Positions 9,641 to 19,891 are shown, numbered from the stretch's first letter. The stretch: DNA of 64,000 nucleotides from Aquificaceae bacterium (GCA_037924335.1 JAXSMZ010000002.1:91255-155254), one strand, 5' to 3'. Numbers and translations: made by a program. The notes: generated by a model not told the origin, from the letters alone.

Positions 9641-10747
9641 ATGCCCGAAAGGATAAGGATAGCCATAGCCGGCGTGGGTAACTGCGCAAGTTCTCTGATC
9701 CAAGGTATATACTACTACAAAAAAAGGCAGAATACGGACGTTAACGGTTTGATGTTTGAGGATGTTGGGGGTTACAAACCTTGGGATGTGGAGGTTGTTG
9801 CTGCCTGGGACATCGATGAAAGGAAGGTTGGAAGAGATATCTCAGAGGCAATATTTGCACTACCCAACTGTACAGCTGTCTTTGAATCGGATGTCCCAAA
9901 GGCAGGGGTAAAGGTAAGGATGGGGAAAGTGCTTGATGGGTTTGCCCATCACATGGCTGATTATCCAGCAGACAGAAGCTTTGTACTTTCTAAAGAGAAG
10001 GAGGACGAGCTGGAGGATGTGGTAAAGGTTCTCAGAGATACTCAGGCCGATATACTGATCAACTACGTACCAGTAGGGTCTGAGAATGCTGCTAGGTTCT
10101 ATGCGGAGGCATGCCTCAAAGCTGGTGTATCTTTTATAAACGGTATGCCAACCTTTATAGTATCAGACCCAGTTTGGGCTGAAAAGTTTGAGAAAGAGGG
10201 TATACCTGTGATAGGTGACGATATAAAATCCCAGCTGGGAGCTACCATACTCCACAGAACTTTAGTCCAACTCTTTACAGATAGGGGTATAAAGATAGAA
10301 AGGACTTACCAGCTCAACTTTGGAGGAAACACTGACTTTCTCAACATGCTGGAGAGGAGCAGGCTAAAGACAAAGAAACAGTCCAAGACCCAAGCCGTAT
10401 CCTCCCTAATACCTTACGATTTGGAAGATTACAACATACACATAGGTCCTTCAGACTGGGTTCCATGGCTCAAAGACAGGAAGATAGCCTATATAAGGAT
10501 AGAGGGCAGACAGTTTGGAGATGTACCTATGTACGTGGAGCTAAAGCTTGATGTGGAAGATTCCCCAAACAGTGCTGGTTCTATGATGGATGCCATAAGG
10601 TGCTGCAAGCTCGCAAGGGATAGGGGTACAGGTGGTCCCCTTTACTCTATAAGCGCTTACACGATGAAGCATCCACCAGTGCAGTATCCAGACTGGAAGG
10701 CAAGAACCATGGTAGAAGAGTTTATAAGAGGAAAAAGAGAAAGGTAG
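9641..10747 (+). CDS. ino1: myo-inositol-1-phosphate synthase
   Basis: GVGNCASSL, GDDIKSQ.GAT, QLNFGGNTDFLNM, DSPNSAG; GGAGG RBS before ATG 9641. Confidence 0.95.
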   Translation: MPERIRIAIAGVGNCASSLIQGIYYYKKRQNTDVNGLMFEDVGGYKPWDVEVVAAWDIDERKVGRDISEAIFALPNCTAVFESDVPKAGVKVRMGKVLDGFAHHMADYPADRSFVLSKEKEDELEDVVKVLRDTQADILINYVPVGSENAARFYAEACLKAGVSFINGMPTFIVSDPVWAEKFEKEGIPVIGDDIKSQLGATILHRTLVQLFTDRGIKIERTYQLNFGGNTDFLNMLERSRLKTKKQSKTQAVSSLIPYDLEDYNIHIGPSDWVPWLKDRKIAYIRIEGRQFGDVPMYVELKLDVEDSPNSAGSMMDAIRCCKLARDRGTGGPLYSISAYTMKHPPVQYPDWKARTMVEEFIRGKRER

Positions 10748-10748
10748 G

Positions 10749-11030
10749 ATGGACTTAGCGAATTTTATAAAAAATCTTAAAAACTTCGATGGGATGTTAG
10801 GTCAAATAAAAGAAGACCTAAGACAAAAAAAGGAAATGATTGAAAAGAACGGAATAACCATAACCTTTAACGGCTTTGGAGAGATCGAAGACATAGAATA
10901 TTTACAGGATAAGAATATTTCCGAGGTCAAGGACACACTCATAGAGCTTTTGAACCTTGCTCAGGATCTTTCAAGGGATATGATGCTGGAAGCTGTAAAG
11001 AGAAAGTTTGGAGGCATATTTGGCTTTTGA
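10749..11030 (+). CDS. YbaB/EbfC family nucleoid-associated protein
   Basis: Size, ITITFNGFGEI motif and position upstream of recR. Confidence 0.75.
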   Translation: MDLANFIKNLKNFDGMLGQIKEDLRQKKEMIEKNGITITFNGFGEIEDIEYLQDKNISEVKDTLIELLNLAQDLSRDMMLEAVKRKFGGIFGF

Positions 11031-11628
11031 GGATGTTTTCCCAAAACCCTTAAAGGATGCTCTAGAAAACCTAACAAATATACCAACTTATGGAGAGAGG
11101 GGAGCAAGCAGGTTCTTATACAACCTTCTAAAGCTCGGTCAAGAAGAGAGAGTAAACATAATCAATTCCTTAAAAAATGCTGTGGAGAATATAAAGAAGT
11201 GCTCAGAATGCGGGCTTTTAACGGATAGGGATGTATGTTATGTATGCTCCGATGAGAAGAGGAACAAGAGATTCATATGCGTGGTGGAAGAATCGCAGGA
11301 TTCTTTTGCCATTGAGAAGCTCGAAAGGTATACAGGTGTGTACCATGTTCTCGGTGGTAGAATAGCACCCCTAGAGGGCATATCACCCCAAGACCTTAAC
11401 ATTGATAGACTGCTTGAAAGAATAGAAACGTACAGAGCAAAGGAGGTAATAGTGGCTACAAACCCCAACTTGGAAGGAGAAGCCACAGCCAATTACCTTA
11501 TCAAGCTCTTAAGAAAGAGGTTTCCATCGCTAAAAGTCACTAGGATATCTTACGGATTGCAGTTTGGAACCCTTATAGAGCTTGCTGATGAGCTTTCTTT
11601 GGAAAAGTCCATAGAGAACAGAAGATGA
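11020..11628 (+). CDS. recR: Recombination mediator RecR
   Basis: C4 zinc finger, ICVVE, YHVLGG.I.P, ATNPNLEGEATA (Toprim); TTG start after GGAGG. Confidence 0.95.
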   Translation: MAFEDVFPKPLKDALENLTNIPTYGERGASRFLYNLLKLGQEERVNIINSLKNAVENIKKCSECGLLTDRDVCYVCSDEKRNKRFICVVEESQDSFAIEKLERYTGVYHVLGGRIAPLEGISPQDLNIDRLLERIETYRAKEVIVATNPNLEGEATANYLIKLLRKRFPSLKVTRISYGLQFGTLIELADELSLEKSIENRR

Positions 11629-12332
11629 CCATCTTCCCTTTTTAGTATCATCTGCTTCACGCCAGGTTTTAGGAGGCTAACCCTGTAAGGTATACCCATT
11701 TTCAGACTTTCAGCATGCCCTCTTCCAACCAATACAACAACCTTCTTGTCTGGATGATGGCTTAGAATTCTCACAACAGCATAAGCCATGACATTGTCCC
11801 AAGCATTTTGCGCATCAAAAAAGGAAGATGCGTCCATCTTTGGGTGTGTCTCTAAAACCTTTTCAAGCCTTTTCTTCTCCTCCTGCGTTAAGCCTATGAT
11901 TGGATCTGGAATGATGGGATCCTGTACGCTTCCCAAGCCTTTTTCCCTTATCCTCATTAAAAGCTCTGTAGGTAAGTTAAGGGCATAAACCTTTATGTTT
12001 TTTCCCCTTGCGTACCTCCAAATGGGTGCGTAGAGCGATGGGTCAAAGCCCCATCTTTTCCTGTACTCTGTCTTTTCTAACATTTCCTGCTCTGTTATTT
12101 TGCAATCTATGTAATCGTCAAGGTACCTTTGAAAGGGCTGTTGGAACATCTCCATACCTATGGAAAACTTATAACCTTCTTTATAAAAGTACTCAATAAC
12201 CCTAAGCTGAAACTGATGGTCTTCCTCGCTTGTATGCTCCTCTGGAAGGTATATTACATCCACATCATCGAAGGCTTTTACATACTTAATGGCTGATATC
12301 ATAAAAAATATTAGCAAAATTTTAAAAAACAT
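11550..12332 (-). CDS. ChaN-family (heme-binding uptake) exported protein
   Basis: Signal-like N-terminus, VIYL.EEH...DH..Q, IGMEMF, AQ..WD..MA, LVGRGH. Confidence 0.8.
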   Translation of the reverse strand: MFFKILLIFFMISAIKYVKAFDDVDVIYLPEEHTSEEDHQFQLRVIEYFYKEGYKFSIGMEMFQQPFQRYLDDYIDCKITEQEMLEKTEYRKRWGFDPSLYAPIWRYARGKNIKVYALNLPTELLMRIREKGLGSVQDPIIPDPIIGLTQEEKKRLEKVLETHPKMDASSFFDAQNAWDNVMAYAVVRILSHHPDKKVVVLVGRGHAESLKMGIPYRVSLLKPGVKQMILKREDGHLLFSMDFSKESSSASSIRVPNCNP

Positions 12333-12369
12333 GTTAACATAAATATAATATCTCAATAAGGAGGAAAAA

Positions 12370-12621
12370 ATGGCGAAAAGAGGTAGAAAAAAAGGAGGTC
12401 CAAGGTACAAAAGGGTAGTACTTTCCCTTCCAAAAAGACTCTATTATGTACTCAACGGTATAGCCATGGGGGATGAAAGAAGGCTAAACAGACTTATAAA
12501 GGGTATACTGGAGGATAAATTAACCGAATCAACTGTTGCTGAGCTTGAGCTCTACCTTGGGAGAATTGAGGAAGAGGAGGAGAAAGAAGGGGCAACTGAG
12601 GAGGAACAGGCTCAACCGTGA
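12370..12621 (+). CDS. Small hypothetical protein, ribbon-helix-helix-like
   Basis: Strong AAGGAGG RBS; basic N-terminus, RVVLSLP..LY..L pattern, acidic tail. Confidence 0.65.
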   Translation: MAKRGRKKGGPRYKRVVLSLPKRLYYVLNGIAMGDERRLNRLIKGILEDKLTESTVAELELYLGRIEEEEEKEGATEEEQAQP

Positions 12622-13673
12622 TAAGCAAAAGAATAAAAGAACTTGTACCTTACAAGACAGAAACCACAAAGGCTAACATAAGGCTCTCTTCCAACGAAAT
12701 GCCCATTGTGTTCCCAGACTATGTAAAAAGGAGAATATGCGAAGAGATAGCTCAGTTACCAATAAACAGATATCCAGACCCAAAGGCTGATGAGCTTAAA
12801 GAGGTGCTGGCTTACCGCTTTGGTGTAAAGGAAGAGAACTTAGTTTTGGGAAATGGTTCCGATGAGCTAATATACTATCTAAGCATAGCCATAGGTGAGC
12901 TAAACAGGGGTATATACTACCCCGTCCCCACTTACAGCATGTATCAGATATCTGCAAAGATGCTTGGAAGGGAAAGCGTAGAAGTAAAGGTTGACGACAA
13001 AATGGACATAGACTTAGAGAGTTCCCTAAGGACTATAGAAGAAAAAAAGCCTGTCCTTTCCTTCTTCTCTTATCCTAACAACCCTACAGGTAACTGCTTT
13101 AGCACAGATAGAATAGCAAGGGTCAGAGATACTGGGCTTTTCACTGTTCTGGACGAAGCTTATTATCACTTTTCAAAAAAAACCTTTTTAGAGGATGCCA
13201 TAAGTAGGGAAGATACTGTAGTTTTGAGAACCCTCTCAAAAATAGGTATGGCTGGGATAAGAGTCGGTATTTTGATAGCAAAAGATTCCGTAGCTTATGA
13301 GATAAACAAGATGAGACTTCCCTTTAACATAACCTATCCTTCTCAAGTTATAGCCAAGCTTATGCTTACAGAGTTCTATCCCATCATAGAAGAAGCTATA
13401 AACATGGTAGTAAGAGAGAGGGAAAGGCTCTTTCATGAACTCTCAAGGCTGGATGGTATAAAACCCTATCCATCAGAGGCAAACTTTATACTCTTTGAAT
13501 CCCTTCTCCCACCCAAGACCCTTCATAGAGAGCTGATAAAAAGGAATATACTCATCAGAGATGTATCCTATATGCCAAGATTAGAAAGTTGTCTTAGGGT
13601 GAACGTAGGCTTTCCAGAGGAGAACGATGCCTTTCTTGAAGCTCTAAGCCATATTATGAAAACTCAATTATAA
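12618..13673 (+). CDS. hisC: Histidinol-phosphate aminotransferase
   Basis: LSSNE, NRYPD, GNGSDE, PNNPTG, DEAY, RTLSK.G.AG.R.G. Confidence 0.94.
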   Translation: MISKRIKELVPYKTETTKANIRLSSNEMPIVFPDYVKRRICEEIAQLPINRYPDPKADELKEVLAYRFGVKEENLVLGNGSDELIYYLSIAIGELNRGIYYPVPTYSMYQISAKMLGRESVEVKVDDKMDIDLESSLRTIEEKKPVLSFFSYPNNPTGNCFSTDRIARVRDTGLFTVLDEAYYHFSKKTFLEDAISREDTVVLRTLSKIGMAGIRVGILIAKDSVAYEINKMRLPFNITYPSQVIAKLMLTEFYPIIEEAINMVVRERERLFHELSRLDGIKPYPSEANFILFESLLPPKTLHRELIKRNILIRDVSYMPRLESCLRVNVGFPEENDAFLEALSHIMKTQL

Positions 13674-13681
13674 TAGAAACC

Positions 13682-14059
13682 ATGCTGGATACAAAAAAGG
13701 AGAGGCTCATTGAAAGATATTACAGGGACATAGACCAACAAGAGCTGAAGAGACTTTTCCTTAAAAAGTTAAACTCTGTACCCCCTACTATGGAGTACGT
13801 TAGAAACCTAATCATGAACGCAAAGCTTCTCTTCAGGATGATAACAGACCCCAACTTTGAACTAAAAGAGGACACAAAAAAAGACTTCATATCAGCTCTT
13901 CTGTACTTTATAGAGGACAAGGACACCATCCCAGACTGGATACCAATAGTAGGCCTTTGGGATGACCACAAGCTCATCGCTTACGTTAAGGAAAAGCATA
14001 GGGAAGAGATAGAGAAGTACTTCTCTCAGATAAAATACTTTGTGGCCAACTACTTCTGA
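13682..14059 (+). CDS. YkvA/DUF1232 family protein
   Basis: ALLYF....D.IPD.IP.VG..DD motif. Confidence 0.8.
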   Translation: MLDTKKERLIERYYRDIDQQELKRLFLKKLNSVPPTMEYVRNLIMNAKLLFRMITDPNFELKEDTKKDFISALLYFIEDKDTIPDWIPIVGLWDDHKLIAYVKEKHREEIEKYFSQIKYFVANYF

Positions 14060-15036
14060 TGATAAGATTTCTTCTTTTCAGAGTTTTACAAGCCTTACCC
14101 ACACTTTTAGGCGTTACATTCCTCTCTTTTCTTATCATAAAGCTGGCACCTGGAGATTACTTGGACCAGCTCAGGTTAAACCCACAGATATCCCCAGAGA
14201 CGATAGAACTTTTGAAGAGGCAGTATGGACTTGACCAACCCATAATAGTTCAGTACATAAGGTGGCTAAGGTCTGCCATCTTCTTAGACTTAGGTTACTC
14301 TTTTCAGTATCATGCCCCCGTTACAGAGTTAATAAAAGAAAGGGTTGGGAACACTCTTCTTTTGACGCTTACCTCTGCTTTTCTGTCTTGGATATTTGCC
14401 CTGATGCTTGGATTCTTGGCTGGGCTAAAAGAGAACTCCCTCTTGGACAAGGTTATAAAGGCTTACGCTTACATATTTATGTCCATTCCCTCCTTCTTTT
14501 TAGCTTTCATTCTCCTTCTCTTTGCATCCAAAGCAAACATTTTACCCGTGGGTGGCATACACAGCCCTGGGTTTGAAAGCATGAACACCCTTGAGAAGCT
14601 CTTTGACATTATAAAACATCTTCTTGTTCCATCAGCTACTCTCACGCTTGTTTCTACGGCAAGCCTTGTGAGATTGGTAAGGAGTAGCGTCATAGAGTTT
14701 CTAAACAGCCCCACAGCTGTGCTTCTCATCTCAAAGGGAGTACCCGCAAGAACCTTTATAAAACATACTTTCAGAAACGTGATGAACCCCTTTACCACAC
14801 TTATAGGCTATGAGATAGCTGGGCTTCTCTCTGGTGCAGCTTTGATTGAGATCATATTAGATTGGCCAGGGCTTGGATCTCTTATGCTTGATGCTGTACT
14901 CTCCCAGGACCTATTTTTAGTGATGGGGGGCCTTTACATAGGGACCATAATGCTCCTCGTTGGCAACTTCGTAGCCGACATCATGCTTGCTATAATAGAC
15001 CCAAGGGTGAGGGAGCGTGAGATAATTAGGGGCTAA
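14059..15036 (+). CDS. Peptide/nickel ABC transporter permease (OppB/DppB type)
   Basis: LAPGD, YGLDQP...QY..W, DLGYS, E.I.DWPGLG, DPRVR. Confidence 0.9.
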   Translation: MIRFLLFRVLQALPTLLGVTFLSFLIIKLAPGDYLDQLRLNPQISPETIELLKRQYGLDQPIIVQYIRWLRSAIFLDLGYSFQYHAPVTELIKERVGNTLLLTLTSAFLSWIFALMLGFLAGLKENSLLDKVIKAYAYIFMSIPSFFLAFILLLFASKANILPVGGIHSPGFESMNTLEKLFDIIKHLLVPSATLTLVSTASLVRLVRSSVIEFLNSPTAVLLISKGVPARTFIKHTFRNVMNPFTTLIGYEIAGLLSGAALIEIILDWPGLGSLMLDAVLSQDLFLVMGGLYIGTIMLLVGNFVADIMLAIIDPRVREREIIRG

Positions 15037-15067
15037 AATTATAATATTATTAGTTGGAGGTTGAAAG

Positions 15068-15613
15068 ATGAATGATGAAGAAAAATTGTCTCAAGAGGTT
15101 GAGGAAGTCAAAGAAGAATTAAAGGAAGAAGAAAAGAGGATAAAAGAGCTTGAGGAAAAGCTAACCAAGCTGGAACAGGTCGCTCGCTTTGCAAACCAAA
15201 GATACATAGAGCTTCAGAGGGACTTTGAACTCTTCAAAGAAAGGTACAGAAAGGACTTGGAAGAGCAAAAAAAGTTTGGTTATGAGAAGTTTGCGCTGGA
15301 CCTTCTTGAAATAGTTGATAACTTTGAGAGAGCTTTTGTTAGCGCACCAGAAGGGTCGGGTGCTGTCCTTAAAGGATTTGAACTTGTCTACAGAGAACTA
15401 AAAAGGATATTAGAAAAGTATGGAATAAGGGAGATAGAAGCTGAAGGGAAGGAGTTTGACCCTTACACAGCAGAAGCAGTTGATAAGGAATACAATCCAA
15501 ACGTACCATCAAACACTGTCATTAAAGTGCTCAGGAAAGGATACTCTCTGCACGACAGAGTGCTAAGACCAGCAAGGGTCATAGTCTCCATATCAGAAGA
15601 AGAGATAACTTAG
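15068..15613 (+). CDS. grpE: Nucleotide exchange factor GrpE
   Basis: Coiled coil, LL.IVDNFERA, FDP...EAV, KGY.L.DRVLRPARV. Confidence 0.96.
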   Translation: MNDEEKLSQEVEEVKEELKEEEKRIKELEEKLTKLEQVARFANQRYIELQRDFELFKERYRKDLEEQKKFGYEKFALDLLEIVDNFERAFVSAPEGSGAVLKGFELVYRELKRILEKYGIREIEAEGKEFDPYTAEAVDKEYNPNVPSNTVIKVLRKGYSLHDRVLRPARVIVSISEEEIT

Positions 15614-15628
15614 CAAACTTTTTAGAAC

Positions 15629-16126
15629 ATGAAGAGAAGAGCTGGTATATTTATAGACGGTGCTAACTTTTACTTCATACAGAGAAACATCCTGCATCAA
15701 AAGATAGACCTTATAAAGCTCATTGACTTTTTCAAGGAGAGCTACGATGTTTACAACACCTTTTTTTACTTAGCTTACAGGGAAGGGGATGAAAAACAAG
15801 AAAACTTTATAAGGCTATTAGCCTTCAGCGGAGTGACAGTTGTAAAAAAACCAATAAAGCATCTCAAAGATGGGAGTTATAAAGGGAGTCTTGATGTTGA
15901 CATGGCAATTGACATGCTTTTGACAAGGGAAAACTACGATGTGGCCATACTCTGTTCTGGAGATAGCGACTTTGAAAAACTGGTCTGGGTGCTTAGAGAT
16001 TTTGGAAAGGAAGTTATATGCGTGTCAACTAAGGAAAGCTCTGCCGTTGAACTTGTGAACGCATGCGATAAGTACATAGACTTATCTGACATAATACATT
16101 CTATAAAACTTGAGGAAAAGGAATGA
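15629..16126 (+). CDS. NYN domain protein (LabA/DUF88 family)
   Basis: IFIDGAN, KG.LDVDMAID, LCSGDSDF. Confidence 0.88.
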   Translation: MKRRAGIFIDGANFYFIQRNILHQKIDLIKLIDFFKESYDVYNTFFYLAYREGDEKQENFIRLLAFSGVTVVKKPIKHLKDGSYKGSLDVDMAIDMLLTRENYDVAILCSGDSDFEKLVWVLRDFGKEVICVSTKESSAVELVNACDKYIDLSDIIHSIKLEEKE

Positions 16127-17040
16127 ACTTCTTAGTGGTTGGTGTTGGTGCCTTGGGTAGTGTTTTTCTATCCTTTTTGACAAGAGCTGGACACAGAGCA
16201 GTGGGACTTGTGAGGCAAAAAAAACGCATAAAGAGAATAAAAGTGGATGGCATATGGGGAGAGTTTGAGCAGGATGTAAAGACTACAGATAACATCTCTG
16301 AAGTTGACTTTAAACCCCATGTTGTTATCCTATCAGTTAAGAGTTACGATACGGAGGAGGCTCTTCAAAAAGTTGCACCTTTTATAGATGATGCATACAT
16401 AATGCTAGCCCAAAACGGTTATGGCAATTATGAAAAAGCTGTGAACTTCTTTGGGAAAGAAAGGGTTATACTGTCAAGGATAATCTTTGGTGCAAAGCTT
16501 CTGAGTCAAGGTAATGTAAGGGTAACCGTTTGTGCTGACGATGTGGTCATAGGTAATCCTGACAGAGCTATAGATAGGGATTTTCTCAAAGAACTATCTC
16601 AAATACTTAGCCAAGCTGGTATTCCCACAAGGTACGAGGATGAAGTCTATAAATTTCTTTGGGATAAGGTGCTGTACAATTGCTGTTTGAACCCTCTTGG
16701 TGCCTTGTTTGAAGTAAGTTATGGGGAGCTTGTCAGCAATGAATACACAAGGGAGGTCATAGACAAGGTAATAGAAGAAGCCTTTGATGTTCTTCTGGTA
16801 AAGGGGATAGAGACCTTCTGGAAGTCTTCTAAAGAGTACAGAGAACACTTCTATAAAAGACTTGTCCCTCCAACAGCTGAGCATCTACCCTCCATGCTTG
16901 AAGATATTAGAAAAGGGAAAACCGAGATAGATGCTTTAAATGGAGCTATAGTCAAGCTTGCAAAGGATGTATCCTTAGAAGTACCAACCAACGAGCTTAT
17001 AGTTAAGCTTGTGAAGGCAAAGGAGAACTTATTAAAATAA
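16123..17040 (+). CDS. panE: 2-dehydropantoate 2-reductase
   Basis: GVGALG, VKSYD, QNG, W.K...N, SMLED, TEID.LNG. Confidence 0.9.
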   Translation: MNFLVVGVGALGSVFLSFLTRAGHRAVGLVRQKKRIKRIKVDGIWGEFEQDVKTTDNISEVDFKPHVVILSVKSYDTEEALQKVAPFIDDAYIMLAQNGYGNYEKAVNFFGKERVILSRIIFGAKLLSQGNVRVTVCADDVVIGNPDRAIDRDFLKELSQILSQAGIPTRYEDEVYKFLWDKVLYNCCLNPLGALFEVSYGELVSNEYTREVIDKVIEEAFDVLLVKGIETFWKSSKEYREHFYKRLVPPTAEHLPSMLEDIRKGKTEIDALNGAIVKLAKDVSLEVPTNELIVKLVKAKENLLK

Positions 17041-17044
17041 TAGC

Positions 17045-17977
17045 ATGGGAGAAGCTCTGAAGGTACTTGTCACAGGTGGTGCTGGCTTTATCGGGTCCAA
17101 CATAGCTAAGCATTTGGAAAGTGTAGGTTACTCAAAGGTTTATGTTCTTGATGATTTCTCCTCAGGCCACTTTAAGAATCTCATAGGTTTTAAAGGTCAA
17201 GTGATAACTGGGGATGTAAGGGACAAAAACCTATGGGACTGGCTTATCAAAGAGTTTAAGTTCGATGTCATCTTTCACCAAGCGGCCATAACAGACACTA
17301 CCATAATGGACCAGAGGCTGATGATGGAAGTAAACGCTGAAAGCTTCAGAAACGTACTGAAAGCTGCCTTAGCTTGGGGTTCAAAGGTAATATACGCATC
17401 CTCCGCCGGCGTTTATGGAAACACGCCACCACCCATGAGGGAGGATGGTCTCTTTAAGCCAGAAAACATATACGGATACTCTAAGCTTTCCATGGATAGC
17501 ATGGCTAAGGACTTTATGAAGGAGAGAGAGGACATATACATAGTTGGGCTTAGATACTTCAACGTCTATGGTATTGGTGAGAGCTACAAGGGCAGATCTG
17601 CAAGCATGATATACCAGCTTTACAGCAGGATGGTCTCCGGACAAAAGCCAAGACTCTTCAAATGGGGAGAGCAAAGAAGGGATTTTGTTTACATAGAGGA
17701 TGTTGTAAAAGCCAACATGCTCGCCATGGAAAAGAATGTAAAAGGCATATTCAACGTAGGCACAGGTCAGGGAAAGAGTTTCAACGAAGTTGTAGAAATA
17801 TTGGGTGAAAACCTTGGAACAAAACCCGATATAGAGTACTTTGATTGCCCTTATGAGTTCTATCAAAAGCATACAGAGGCAGACCTAAAGAAGGCAAGAG
17901 AAATACTCGGCTATAAACCTGAATTTCCCTTAGAGGATGGTATAAAGGACTATGTGAGAAGGCTCATGTCCCTTTGA
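17045..17977 (+). CDS. rfaD: ADP-L-glycero-D-manno-heptose 6-epimerase
   Basis: TGGAGFIGSN, HQAAITDTT, YASSA.VYG, YGYSK, LRYFNVYG..E..KG. Confidence 0.88.
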   Translation: MGEALKVLVTGGAGFIGSNIAKHLESVGYSKVYVLDDFSSGHFKNLIGFKGQVITGDVRDKNLWDWLIKEFKFDVIFHQAAITDTTIMDQRLMMEVNAESFRNVLKAALAWGSKVIYASSAGVYGNTPPPMREDGLFKPENIYGYSKLSMDSMAKDFMKEREDIYIVGLRYFNVYGIGESYKGRSASMIYQLYSRMVSGQKPRLFKWGEQRRDFVYIEDVVKANMLAMEKNVKGIFNVGTGQGKSFNEVVEILGENLGTKPDIEYFDCPYEFYQKHTEADLKKAREILGYKPEFPLEDGIKDYVRRLMSL

Positions 17978-18680
17978 GCCTCTTCGCACACTCCCACATG
18001 GCTATGGCACCGGCAGAAGCAACGTTGAGAGAGTTTATTCTCCCCCTCATGGGTATGCTAAGAACCGTATGGCATACGTCAAGGACACCCTTTGACACTC
18101 CTTGACCTTCTGAACCAAGAACAAGGGCGCATGGGAAGGGTATATCCACAGAGTCTATGTCCTTTCCACCCCTTTCTATTCCAATGACCCATCCACCCAA
18201 GCTTTTGAACTCCTCAAGATGCTTTGGCAAGCTGGAAACTTTAGCTATCTTCAGATAGAAAACTCCACCGGCTGATGCTTTTACAACAACCTCGTTTATG
18301 GGGCTGGCTCTGTACTTTGGCACAAGAGCTCCAACCCCCCCAAAAACTTCACACGTCCTCAGTATGTTTCCCACGTTCTGAGGGTCTGTTATATGGTCAA
18401 GTACCACGAAGAATCCAACTTTTTGGATAGTTTCTCTGAAGAGCTCAGTAGGTAATACGTAGTTGACTGGACTTATAACGGCAAGTATACCTTGAGTTTT
18501 TTTTGTTTTGGCCAACTGCTCTATCTTCTGTCTTGGTACCTTTTGAATCTTTATACCCCTCTCTTTGCAGAGCTTGACAACCTGATGGGGTGGATGGGAA
18601 TCGTGGGCTATAAGCACTCTCTCCACATCTCTACCAGACCTCAGAACCTCTATCACTGGGTTCTTACCGTAAACTATCAT
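17964..18680 (-). CDS. rlmB: 23S rRNA 2'-O-methyltransferase (TrmH/RlmB family)
   Basis: MIVYGKNPV, LDHITDPQNVG.I.R, LGSEG.G, IPM.G...SLNV; true start 18680. Confidence 0.9.
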   Translation of the reverse strand: MIVYGKNPVIEVLRSGRDVERVLIAHDSHPPHQVVKLCKERGIKIQKVPRQKIEQLAKTKKTQGILAVISPVNYVLPTELFRETIQKVGFFVVLDHITDPQNVGNILRTCEVFGGVGALVPKYRASPINEVVVKASAGGVFYLKIAKVSSLPKHLEEFKSLGGWVIGIERGGKDIDSVDIPFPCALVLGSEGQGVSKGVLDVCHTVLSIPMRGRINSLNVASAGAIAMWECAKRLKGT

Positions 18681-19639
18681 GATACCTGGAAAAGGAAGTT
18701 GATAAGATAGCCAGCTACAATAATGGAGCTTCCTACAATGGTTGCAAAAATAGCTATAAGCCTTGGCTTCATGATCTGTTTGAGTATTATGAACTCGGGA
18801 AAAGATAGAGCTGTAGTTGCCATCATAAAAGCCAGTGCAGTACCAATGGGTACACCCTTTGATATAAGAGCCTGTATAACTGGCAGTATACCAACGGAGT
18901 TTGAGTATAGAGGTATACCAATAAGCGTTGCAAGGGGCACTGCAAGGAGTCCACCGCTTTTTACAATACCTTCTACGAAATCCTGTGGAACATACCCGTG
19001 TATAAAACCACCTATAAATATGGCTACGATTATATATATCCAAATCCTCCCAATTATTTGCTTTACATTATTTATGCTGTGTTCTATCCTATCCTTCATG
19101 GTCATACTCTGCCTACTTTGTGCACCCAGTTTAACTTCAAAAACATAGCTTTCTATTACCCTTTTGGGGTCAAGCCTTCCTATCAAGAATCCTGAAAACA
19201 TGGCAACCAACACACCAAAAAGAAGATAAGCAATGGCAATTTTTAACCCAAAAAGAGATAAAAGCATTCCTAAGGCGATCTCATTTACCATAGGAGATGC
19301 TACTAAAAAGGTAAAGGCTGCACTAAGCGATATACCAGCTTCAACAAATCCAATAAACATGGGTACAGCAGAACACGAGCAGAAAGGGGTCAAAACTCCT
19401 AAAAAAGCTGCAAGGGGCATAGCAATGGTTTTATTTTTTGAAAGTATATCCCTTGTCCTCTCTATAGGAAAGTAGCTTCTTATAAAGGATATAACAAAGA
19501 TGATAATTGTGAGAAGAGTAAATATTTTCAAGCTATCATGGATGAAAAATTCAAGAGCTTCCGATAGCCTTTCCCCCTTTTCCATGCTTAGTAGAGAATA
19601 TACCATGTAGTTTGATATATGTTCATAGATTTCAAACAA
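18677..19639 (-). CDS. arsP: ArsP-family permease (DUF318)
   Basis: TPFCSCSA.P, FLVASPM.N, G.P.Y, GTALAFMMA..ALS.PE. Confidence 0.85.
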   Translation of the reverse strand: MFEIYEHISNYMVYSLLSMEKGERLSEALEFFIHDSLKIFTLLTIIIFVISFIRSYFPIERTRDILSKNKTIAMPLAAFLGVLTPFCSCSAVPMFIGFVEAGISLSAAFTFLVASPMVNEIALGMLLSLFGLKIAIAYLLFGVLVAMFSGFLIGRLDPKRVIESYVFEVKLGAQSRQSMTMKDRIEHSINNVKQIIGRIWIYIIVAIFIGGFIHGYVPQDFVEGIVKSGGLLAVPLATLIGIPLYSNSVGILPVIQALISKGVPIGTALAFMMATTALSFPEFIILKQIMKPRLIAIFATIVGSSIIVAGYLINFLFQVS

Positions 19640-19643
19640 TTAA

Positions 19644-19889
19644 TCAATCCTCCATTAAAAGCTCTTCTATCCTTTGAGGTGCGGGTATTGGTGCTCCAAA
19701 GTGTTTTAATTTACCATCCACTACCAAAAGTGGTGTAGTCATGACGCCGTACTTTAAAACTTCCTTTACATCTATAACTTTTTCCACGGTTGCTTGTAAA
19801 TTTTTAGCCTCTACAATCTTGGATACTATTTGGTAGAGTAGCTCGCAGTTCTTACAGTTGGACGTACTTATTATTTGTACATTTTTCAT
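19644..19889 (-). CDS. Small thioredoxin-like redox protein (MTH895 type)
   Basis: CKNC motif, YGVMTTP.LVVDG. Confidence 0.85.
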   Translation of the reverse strand: MKNVQIISTSNCKNCELLYQIVSKIVEAKNLQATVEKVIDVKEVLKYGVMTTPLLVVDGKLKHFGAPIPAPQRIEELLMED

Positions 19890-19891
19890 GG

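Noticed and set aside
18681..19043. N-terminal extension of the 359-aa rlmB ORF, and similar extensions of ino1, chaN, arsC, mrp, pyrD, GT9, GT4 and lpdA
   Set aside because: The extensions overlap neighbouring genes or the IS; family-typical N-termini and RBS/-10 signals indicate the downstream starts.
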